Part shown: positions 53,864 to 64,000 of the stretch, one piece after another
Position numbering within the stretch: the first letter of the stretch is position 1
Layout: every line of letters begins with the position of its first letter
Program-made: the position numbers and the translations under genes
Assembly: GCF_001194135.2 (NCBI RefSeq)
Contig: NC_068992.1
Span: 1,896,547-1,960,546 of the forward strand
Length of the DNA: 64,000 nucleotides
Reading direction: 5' to 3'
Source of the DNA: Octopus bimaculoides
Lineage: Eukaryota
Notes under the pieces: model-generated
The model's input: the letters and a program-made list of their open reading frames with translations, nothing else
What the model was told of the DNA's origin: nothing
Database searches by the model: none

Positions 53864-54755
53864 AACGGCGAGCTGGGAGAATCATTAGCACGCCAGGTGA
53901 ATCGCTTAGCAGCATTTCGCCTGTCATCACGTTCCAAGTTCAAATCCCTTCGAGGTCAACATTGCGTTTCATCTTTATTTGTGATCGACAAAATGATTAC
54001 CAGTTGAACACTGGGGTCGGATCTTGTTCAAAACGGGGGCACCAGTATTTTCTTAACGAAACACTTTGAAACTTGGGACACTGGTAGAATGTGTCATATA
54101 AAACATCTTTTTCTCTTAGTTTTCTTAACAAAAAAACGTACATCGCAAGTTATTTCATGTTAAAGTTGTCGTATTTCTGTAATTTCAACCAATGACTGAC
54201 GTCCATTCAGCCGTAAAAATTAAGTGCTGACTACATAAACAAACGATTCTCGGCGGTGATAAAATTATTATTTCCTTGTCAAAAAATGGCTGAAGCATAT
54301 TGGCAGTAGCTAATAAACCTTTCTATTATAGGCACAAGGCATGGTTTTTGAGGGAAGGAGCCAGTCAATTAGGGTTAGGGTTAGGGAAAACGAACACACG
54401 TGTGTTGCCTCTGCAAAATGTCAGAAGTAATGGAGATTAAATACGCTTTACACCGCTTCAAGTGCCAAAGGAGTAAGTGTAAACAGCTGAATACTTGTCA
54501 GTGATTGGTTGAAATTATCGAAATAAGACAATTTTTTACATGAAATAAATGCGAATACAAATTTTTTTTTCTTTTCTATAACACAAATTAGATAAGTATA
54601 CGAAGTTTGAAAGTCTTTAGGTACCAAAAACACTACATAAAACATAAATGAAAACTGGTGCCGCCGTTTTGAACAGGATCCCTGGGGTCGATGTAATCCC
54701 TTTACCCATCTTCAGAAATCGCTGGCCTTGTGCCAAAATTTGAATTCAATATTTA
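53864..54755 (+). mobile_element. SINE family A split by a MITE (53864-54018 and 54682-54755)
   Basis: the two halves rejoin at the duplicated ctggggtc. Confidence 0.85.
54019..54681. mobile_element. non-autonomous DNA transposon (MITE), Merlin/IS1016-like
   Basis: TIRs ggatcttgttcaaaacgggggcaccagt and the reverse complement of 54654-54681 (26/28 identical); 8-bp TSD CTGGGGTC at 54011-54018 and 54682-54689; GG...CC termini. Confidence 0.85.
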
Positions 54756-56081
54756 ATTCTGTTTCTTATTTGACCATTCAACTACATTCCACGACTTCAA
54801 GGCTCATGTAATTTATTTCAACATGAAAAACCGTTTTATTTTTCTCGTGTGTGTGAAGCTGTGAAGTAGCTGTTATGTCCTTTTGTGCCGCATCGATACA
54901 AAATATGAGCGCGTGCATGCGTATAACTGTGCGGATGTCAGTGTATATCTAGGTATCACTAAGCAAAAAATTATATATCTCGGAGAAGGGTTTTATCCAT
55001 TACAGCGATCCTAGTATTCGACTGGTATTTTCTTTTATACACACCAGCAGAATAAAAGGCAAAATCAATATGCAGAGATTTTTCAAATAGCAGCAGTAAA
55101 GAAACATAACAAAACATGCAAAATTTCGTCGCGAGCTCAAGCGACTCACCTCGAAATGAACGGCTTTCATCTCATAACTCTATCACTGTTGTTATAGCAA
55201 AGCCCCCCTCTCCCTCTCTCTCTCATATACACACACACTATTTTCTTCTAAAATTCTGTTTGAATTATTTAAAATTAATTAAACGAGCAAGAGATGCACA
55301 AGTAAGGCTATTTTGTGGGAACATGTTTTCTTTCATTGCTACTGACAGAGCAGTGCATCTGTGATGTTTTAGTCGCAGACAGAGAAAAACAATTAACGAA
55401 CATTTTTTCGATTTTCTTTTTTTTCTTTTTTTTCAGTATTTCTTGTTAAAATCCCGCAAACAAAAACTCGCGATTAAATAAAGAAATAAATTCATGAAGA
55501 TATTCAAATAATAAACAGAAGAGGAAAACATCAGCATTTTTTTTTTCCAAATAATTATATTAACCATTTGAGAGTTTAAAAATTTACTGGGTAAATTTTC
55601 GTCACACAGAAAAAAAAGTGATAATAATAAATAAATATAAATTCCTATGAAATTACACAATGAAACCCTTTAGAACAATCAAGCGGTTTTACGATAATTA
55701 AGATAGTCGATAGCTTTAGGAAACAGATTTATTAGAGAATGTTTGCTCTCTTACTCAGATTGCAGGCTTGAACTTGTGATAGCGTTTTGTCATCCAGGTC
55801 TGTTCTGGTCGAACACATTTATGTTCAAACACAATCACACACTGATTCTCCTGTTCTATGCCTCAAAATATTATGACCCCCGATAGAATTATCAAGAGAA
55901 CCTCTTTGAAACGCAGATGGTTACTTTGGGGAAAAGATTTGCCTGTTATTATATAAGGCCCAATCATTCGTTCGTTATTGGTATTGTTATACTCCCGAGT
56001 ATAAAACGTTAAATATTTGCAAGTTGATACTATTGTTGTTGTTGTAGACGTAGTCGATATAGTGTTGTTATTGTTGTTTAG

Positions 56082-56208
56082 ACCATCTCTGATTGCCCAA
56101 ACCTATGTTCAAAGCCAATCCAGCCGTACCGATCTCGTCGTTATTTTTAAAGACGTCTGCGACTACATCATCCAACGTATTTCCATTTCTAAAGACAGCA
56201 AGGTGTAA
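56082..56208 (+). CDS. candidate isolated coding exon, unidentified (a minus-strand alternative exists at 56103-56188)
   Basis: tttag acceptor, open frame PSLIAQTYVQSQSSRTDLVVIFKDVCDYIIQRISISKDSKV*, many C/T-ending codons, repeat-poor downstream region; no homology recognised. Confidence 0.25.
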
Positions 56209-57799
56209 TTTGAAGGAAATCGGCTGAGTTTTATTCTCAAGTTCTTGCCAGGCAGTTGATAAATATTGATTTCAGAAAGAACATAAAATCACAACATAAA
56301 ATTCTTATAAACTTGGAGCTTTTATCTTAGGAAGTAATAGCTTGATATTATTTCATTCTATGATAAATGGCAGAATAATTAGGACGTGGGAAAAAATAAA
56401 TTTACCCTTCATTTCTGGTGTGACTATAAAATCTGTACCGATCATACGCTGCGGCATACATTCAAACAAAATCACCATTACATCTGTGATACCGAGCCAA
56501 TGCAAAAACAAAAACACAAAAAACAAAGATCGTTATATAATGTGAAGCAAAAATAGGTGGTGGAGAAAACTTACGTTATTTGTTCTGGGTTAGAATACCA
56601 TTCGTATCAACTTTACCATTACTTTTTGAGGTCGATTAAAGACATTTGGTGATCCCTATAAACAATTAGCCCCACATTCATTTCAAGCCTTCTGTCTAGG
56701 GTAGAACCGATTACTGAATAAGGAAGAAAACTGGGGACTCTTCACATTTACTCGTTCTGATAGAAATGGGGGCCAAATTACAGATTTCGTCTATTACACA
56801 CCATTCATGGAGAAAAATAAATGGTTTATTGATAGAATCCCTTGCATCGTATGCCTCTTCGATTAGTTCCTTCTTACGGCGAAACATTAAAGACAATCCA
56901 TCCTTGTATAATGATTAACCTTTATGACCAACAACATTTTATTTTCTTCTTTCTCACAGGGTACGTTTTAGCATTCCCATCATAACTGAGTTGACTTCGC
57001 GCTGTATCTGAGAAATCAATATAATTTGAGAGAAAGAATGAGAGAGAGAGAGAGAGAATTTGAACCGTGCATTTTATTCTAGCTACGTTTGTTTGTGCCC
57101 TCCATGAATTCTCTTTGTGTAATTGCAGCTCAACACATGAGTCATCCAGAAAATACAGTAACTTAATCTATATACCATTTCTTGCTTATCTAAAACTTAC
57201 GAAAAACCAAAAGCAAAAAAGTTTCATTCCACTATCAGTTCATCTCTGACTTACAAACAACAGAACTTCAATTCACAAACAGATCATTCATCACTCATCT
57301 GCAACTTAGCAAGTAAAGGAACCGAAGGGTAGATACCGCTCATCGCTATTCTAGATCTTAGACTGTAACTAAAATATAAAGAGAATGTTATACAGCAACG
57401 TTTCATAAGTTAACTGCTTAAACAGACTTCAACTATGACTTCAAAATTATAAATTTTATTTTAAAAAATTTGCATTACGAATGATGACCTAAATTCGTAT
57501 ACAATACATTCTTATCAATGGTCAGAATACAGCCATGTGGTGAATTTCATATTCTGTGTGTAGATTAACGAGTGTCAGAAATAAATAGTCGAACTAGCAA
57601 TAAATTTAAGACTGAGCTAAAATTAATGTTGTAACTTTTAAGCTGTCAGTAACTTGCTAGAAATAATCGCCAAGTATCACTATTATATCTGTTGTCGTCT
57701 AACATTGAAGACGGCACAGTGTACAATGTAGTCTTACATCTTTGATGTCTGAAAGGAAAAGGATCTGATTCTGTCCGGCTGGAAAAGTTTGAACAAATA

Positions 57800-57968
57800 T
57801 AAGTCGATTCGATCGACCTCAGTACGCAACTGATACTTAATTTATCGATCCCGAAAGGATGAATGGCACAGTCGACCTCGGCGTAATTTGAACCCAGAAC
57901 ATGCAGACAGACGAATTACAGCTAAACAATTCGCCCGGCGTGCTAACGTTGCTGCCAAATCGCAGCCT
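57800..57968 (-). mobile_element. SINE family A
   Basis: gacctcagtacgcaactgatacttaatttatcgatcccgaaaggatg..cgcccggcgtgctaacg. Confidence 0.85.
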
Positions 57969-58554
57969 TCGAAACACACACAATTAGTACGTTAATATGC
58001 AAAGTTAGTATTCAAAGTTACCATATATATATANNNNNNNNNNNNNNNNNNNNNNNNNNNNNNNNNNNNNNNNNNNNNNNNNNNNNNNNNNNNNNNNNNN
58101 NNNNNNNNNNNNNNNNNNNNNNNNNNNNNNNNNNNNNNNNNNNNNNNNNNNNNNNNNNNNNNNNNNNNNNNNNNNNNNNNNNNNNNNNNNNNNNNNNNNN
58201 NNNNNNNNNNNNNNNNNNNNNNNNNNNNNNNNNNNNNNNNNNNNNNNNNNNNNNNNNNNNNNNNNNNNNNNNNNNNNNNNNNNNNNNNNNNNNNNNNNNC
58301 TTAGGGTGCCGGTTGTGTTTTAGGCAAAACAAGTTTTAACTTCTTGCAGAGTTCGAGCCCACAGCAATATCATATCTCCTCCACTATTTAAGTATTACGT
58401 GTCAAAAGTGAAGCAAAGACACTCATGTCAAATACTTTCACTTTAAAAATGAAACTTTTCCACTATTTCAGTATCAAAACTAAAACAATCACATTTCGAT
58501 ACTGTAATTTTTGGGGGATTAATTTACACTGCATACGAAAATACAGACATATTA

Positions 58555-59635
58555 TCACGGTACGTTATTAAACACTCACAGATCTACGCATACATACCTG
58601 ACGACTGACATGCGTGAAGTGTCAATACGAAATTTTATTTTCATTTCCTTTAAAACAATACGCATTTACTGTTCTGTTACGAGTTAATAATTATCGCAGC
58701 AGTTGCAAGGTTGGCAGGTAAAATATAAAATTCTTTGTCTCTCTCTGTATAAGTGCTTCTATTTCCTTAAATTATACTTTATACAAAAGTACAGACATAC
58801 TATATACGGTACGTTATTAAACACACACATACACACACACACACACATACAAACGCATACACATCTACACATACATATACATACCTGACGACTTAATTTT
58901 TTTTATTAACCACACAGGGTCGAAACACAGAGGGAACAACACATGGACAGAAAAAAACACAAAAGTGGAGGAAAAATAAAATCGAACGAAAAGAATGGTA
59001 ATGATAAATCAAAAGGTGGAATTACGTCTACTCGAACCCCACACTCCAGTTAACGTCATTCAACGTTTTTAGAAAAAAACATTTGACACGTGCTATTTTA
59101 TTTTTGTCTCTTTCTCCTTGTTGTGTGTTGCTTGTTTTATATACTTTGTGGACGACTGACATGAGTGAAGTGTGAGTTGGCCAATGTCAATACAAAATTT
59201 TATATTCATTTCCTTTAAAACAATTCATATTTACGGATTAATTACCACCGGATGATAATTATCGCAGAAGTTGCAAGGTAAGACATAAAATTCTTTGTCT
59301 CTCTGTAATAATTATTGTGGTATTTACCGTTAAATTAGCAGTTCCATACATGTGCTATTTCGTTCATTTGCTTATATTTCAATAAATTTACACAGCATAC
59401 AAGAATACGGACATAATATATATTTACAATTGCTTACAAAATAAAAGGTTAATGTATATTTTTTTATGTTCATAATTTTTTGTTTACAATATTGAAAAAA
59501 TATGCCACCAAATAAAAGATGTAATCCCTCCAGAAACACGTATAAAGCGAGGACGATTACAGAAAACATTGAACGTTTCAGAAAAAAAAAAATTCACACG
59601 TGCTAATTTATTTTTGTCTCTTTCTCCTTGTGGTA
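58555..59635. repeat. interleaved local direct repeats
   Basis: 58600-58749 resembles 59151-59307; 58558-58578 resembles 58807-58827; 59062-59121 resembles 59572-59631. Confidence 0.8.
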
Positions 59636-59848
59636 AATATTTTCTCTAACTGTATCTGCTTGAAAAAACATACTTTTCTTTATATTAAGCAATTCATCAT
59701 AATTACTTTTACGATGTACCTAAACAAAAACCATCGTTATAGATCAACATTTCTCAACCTTTTTCGCGATTTGGCTTCCCTTGTACATTAGCTTCCCATG
59801 TATCTGAGATAGACCGGCCGGCCCATGACAAATCTGACAAATGGGGGA

Positions 59849-60204
59849 CCCGCAGAACTTCCAGCTCATGAACTGCATCTGAAAGTTGGCGCGCCAATCA
59901 TGCTGCTAAGGAATTTAGATGCTCCAATAATGCGCAATGGTACGCGGATGATTATCAAAAAATTGTGCTCCCGAGTTCTGTAGGTAACAATCTTGAATGA
60001 ACCGGCCGCGTGTTAAGACATACTTATAACTCCCATGTCCCTTACCCACTCCGATACGACCTACAAGTTTAAACAGATGCAATTCCCATCAAACTCTCTT
60101 TTCCCATGACAATCAACAAGGCGCAGGGACAATCAGTGCAAGCGGTTGATTTGAATCTGACAGAGCAAGTATTCTCACACGCACAACTGTACGTTGGCTG
60201 TCCC
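59849..60204 (+). pseudogene. Helitron Rep/Hel PIF1-family helicase C-terminal relic
   Basis: ELPAHELHLKVGAPIMLLRNLDAP..NGTRMII..QFP/..[21 protein letters not shown]; two stops and one frameshift. Confidence 0.9.
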
Positions 60205-60398
60205 CATGGTCTTTCTATTTGTACACAATTTTTTCATCGTCCTGCCAGCCCACGTAAGTCCAGTCTTGCTTTGCTCTCCTTACTAACTCACCATGGCATT
60301 CTTTTTTTTTCTACCATGATCCGTCGCCCAAACTCCACTTCGTATCCACTTCTTCCTCTTTTTTATTTCTTCGTTTCTCTCTTCGCGTCGTTCTCTGA

Positions 60399-60425
60399 CC
60401 GGGTGAAACCGGGCTTAGCTGCTAG
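60399..60425 (+). mobile_element. Helitron 3' terminus (hairpin + CTAG)
   Basis: CCGG-gtgaaa-CCGG hairpin, then CTAG at 60422-60425 followed by T. Confidence 0.7.
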
Positions 60426-60601
60426 TATATATATATATATATATATATTATACATATACACTCGAGCATTATACATATGTACACACATAGACATGACAAA
60501 TCGAACGGCCGGTTCTATCAGAAATAATACGTGAACATATACACACAGTAAGACAATACTCAGACACGCACACATAAACAGACACATAGACAGACACATA
60601 G

Positions 60602-60632
<31 letters not shown>

Positions 60633-61782
60633 CATACAGATCAGTGTGCCCTCATATATAATGCTAGGCATATATTACAGCTTGAAGGAGTTCACTCAAA
60701 TAGCTTCAAGTAGATATCATTTTTGCCTTAATCCACGTAATCAACAGCGTTAGGCAAGGAGGAACACTAAATTATATTCCTCACGGCATAAAAGACAGGC
60801 AGGCCATATCTGGTATGTTTTTATCATAGATTTACTTAATCGAAGCTATTTTGGGTTGGAATAACAACAAGCCATTCTCTGCGAACAACGAAATAGAAAT
60901 AAGTCCCACCAAGCAATCACTGAAACTGCTAAAATAGTAATTTGGAATAGTGGATCCCGCAAGTGAACCACTCTACAATGTTAGGAAAAGGAAAACCACA
61001 TTTCACTTATATATATTTACGGTGTGTGTGTGTGTGTACATATATATATATGTGTGTGTGTGTGTATGTGTGTACGTATATATGTGTGTGTGTACGTTAT
61101 ATATTTATGCATTATATATGTATAAATACATAAAAGAAAGTGAGAAATTAGATAGATAGATAGATAGATAGATACGGAGGTAGATAGATACGTAGATAGA
61201 TAGATACGTAGATAGACAGATAGATAGATACAGAGGTAGATAGATAGACAGACAGAGTGACAACCGGATACATACATACAACTAAAGAGAAAAAGAAGAA
61301 AATGAGTTTGTGCGTGAGAGTGTGTCTGTCTTTACGCGTAATGTGTTTGTTCTTGTGGTTTGGGATGTTTGTATAAGACTAGTTTCGCAAATCCTCATAC
61401 TTGATATCCAGAAACTAGAGTAATTATTTTGCTTTGTCCATTAACAGCTGTCGTATATTAACTTTTATATAAATATCATTTCAATTCCGCACTTAGGAAC
61501 TTGCCAAAAACAGCTGCAATACGTCGTATAATGATATTCTCTGTTTCAGAAACCTAGTTATTGGAGCTCTCAGTGATTTGATGATATTTGGCATCAGGCA
61601 GCACCATACGGAATTGGCTCGTGGAAATGGAATCCGGAATGTGGCTTTTGCACAACGGAGCCCATATTTCTATAAGCCTTGTGGTTTTAGAATAGTATAA
61701 GAGAATTATGTTCAATATATTTCAAATTCATTTAACAATATGAAATAACGGTTTATTATATTTCATCCCGTTGTAAAATGTG

Positions 61783-61900
61783 GAGGCACGTAGCCTAGTG
61801 GTTAGGGTGTTACACTAACGGTAATCAGATCGTGGTTTCGATTCCCGAACCGGGCGGCGTGTTGTGTTCTTCAGCAAAATATTTCATTTCACGTTGCTCT
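61783..61900 (+). mobile_element. SINE family B head + CORE-like domain
   Basis: tagcctagtggttagg..ggtttcgattccc..gtgttcttcagcaaaatatttcatttcacgttgctc. Confidence 0.75.
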
Positions 61901-62167
61901 AGTGATGTCTTGAGACCAGCATATCAATAAAAAGTACCCAACCGTTCCTCTGTGTGTCGTAAAAGGTGACTGAGAACGGAGGAGATAGGATTTGTATTCT
62001 GACCGTGTTAAACCTTCGCTAGCAACGACTGCCCAAATAGACTCTGTGGTTGGAGGGTTGTCACCTGACTGGTGCAGAGGCGTCATCCGCCAGGGTTAAT
62101 AGAGAATCACCAACAAATGGTTGGACGCACTGTTACAGCGCATGCCCCTATACAATTACTACCATTG

Positions 62168-62221
<54 letters not shown>

Positions 62222-62449
62222 GCATATGCATATGCGGGCACAGGACGTCACGAAACATGCACAGCAAAAGTACAGAGCACGAGTACATGGACCATAAACT
62301 ATTCTTTCGAACAACGAAAGACAAAAATGGAAAACAAAACAAACAACATAAAGAACGACCTTTCATCAGTTGTTGGCTGTATTTTCTAGTCTCGTATTTC
62401 GAGGATTATATAAATGTGTGTGTGTGTGTATATATTCGTATGTATGCAT

Positions 62450-62509
<60 letters not shown>

Positions 62510-63370
62510 CCTGTAAGGAAACAGAATATAGTTTTGCAACCATAGCATACTTATCGCTTACAAGCTGTGTTACCAGTGCGATGTTTTCATTTTTAAGTTT
62601 ATCTCTGTAGATTTTCTATAGAATTCAGAGCCAAGATTGCAATTCCCGACATTCTGTATACAAATATGTCTAGGTAAACAGTGTGATGGAAAATAGAAAA
62701 AAATATTTAATTGATGTATATGTATATTTCAAGAGTTATTGCTCTTTCTTCAGCACTACATCCAACTCAAAAACTACACACAAATGCATTGCTTCAATAC
62801 CCAGTAAGTTTAGCAGTCTAACACTATTCGATAGACCAATTTATATATTAAGCACATTGCTGGCAACTGGTACGTGCATACTAATTGCAGGCCAGGTATT
62901 TCTTTTTCCATCCGTAATATACTACCACAATATATTATAGGTAAAAAATGGGAATATCGCACGGCTAACATAAAAAGTAAGACACAATATTGGCTTGTAA
63001 ATCTTCGATTGCATTGTTTATATAATCGTATTCGTATATGAACACTCGCAACTTACAATGCTGGCTTTAAATTCTATAAAATATGTACTGAGATAAACTT
63101 AAATGTGTGTGTGTGTGTGTGTATGCATATTTATGGGACATTTCTTAAAATGGTGTGTCCTGCAAAAGCTGTCTTTTTTTTTCTTTTCCTTTACTGTGAT
63201 TTTCAGTGACGCAAAGGTTTCGCAAAATGACTTAAAGCAAGGTAGCAAACATACTTTATGGATTGTCTACTTTATTGTAAATGTTTATGCCATGCCTCCA
63301 CGAAATGTAACGCCGAGGGTTTCTGTAGACGTAAAAATACATTCATACTTAATGCATACATATATAGAGG

Positions 63371-63686
63371 AGAACTCCGTCGGTTACGACGACGAGGGTC
63401 GCAGCTGATCCGATCAACGGAACAACCTGCTCGTGAAATTAACGTGCAAGTGGCTCCACAGACACGCGTCCCCTTAACGAGGTTCTCAGGGTGATTCAGC
63501 GTGACACAGAATGTGACAAGGCTGGCCCCTTTGAATTACAGGTACGACTCATTTTTGCCAGCTGAGTGGACTGGAGCAACGTGAAGTAAAGTGTTTTGCT
63601 CAAGGACACAACGCTTCACCGGGAATTGAACTCACGACCTTACGATCGTGAGCCGAATGCCTTAGTCACTAAGCCGCACACCTTCA
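63371..63686 (-). mobile_element. SINE family B, full length and well preserved
   Basis: tRNA-like head with A/B boxes, CORE-like gtgtccttgagcaaaacactttacttcacgttgctcc, tail ..gtcgtcgtaaccgacggagtt. Confidence 0.9.
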
Positions 63687-63850
63687 CACTTCATCATATA
63701 AATACATGTATATATAAATACATGCATATATAAATACATGCATATATAAATACATGCATATACATGAGTGTATATGTGTTTGTCCAGAGAGTGAGAATAG
63801 ATATGCTCGTAAATAAATAAACGATTATACACATATATATCATTGTGTTC

Positions 63851-63907
<57 letters not shown>

Positions 63908-64000
63908 CGTATATATGTATACATGTATGTATGTACGTATATATGTATACATATATGTATACATGTATGTATGTACGTATATATGTATACATATATGTAT

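Noticed and set aside
56711-56896. Minus-strand 61-aa ORF with protein-like composition
   Set aside because: No recognised motif or convincing splice sites.
58598-58632. CUGACGA..hairpin..GAAAU hammerhead-like
   Set aside because: The hairpin is not flush with the core and there is no helix I or III.
62505-62600. Minus-strand mini-exon DKLKNENIALVTQL and adjacent CAG|GTAAT recursive-splice-like site
   Set aside because: Weak acceptor, no recognisable homology, and such short motifs are frequent by chance.

Overview
AT-rich, repeat-dense eukaryotic DNA with 11 N-gaps, most of them abutting microsatellites. The repeat families resemble coleoid cephalopod (Octopus-like) repeats; this is an inference from recalled repeat types, not a database result. 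I recognise no host protein-coding gene, and most listed ORFs are microsatellite or gap artefacts. The window reads as intronic or intergenic. It contains about 35 copies of four tRNA-type SINE families (called A-D here), a Tc1/mariner DD37D-like relic, two decayed R4/Dong-like RLE retrotransposons, a Helitron PIF1-helicase relic with its hairpin-CTAG end, a 663-bp MITE with 28-bp TIRs and an 8-bp TSD (Merlin-like), and a ~230-bp near-perfect inverted repeat. The most striking signal is eight hammerhead-ribozyme-like motifs of the minimal type-I form known from Penelope-like elements. They fall in six unrelated sequence contexts, five of them between 17.8 and 24.1 kb. One context is a tRNA-headed SINE (family C) that carries the hammerhead near its 3' end. 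All folds were done by eye and most copies are mutated.
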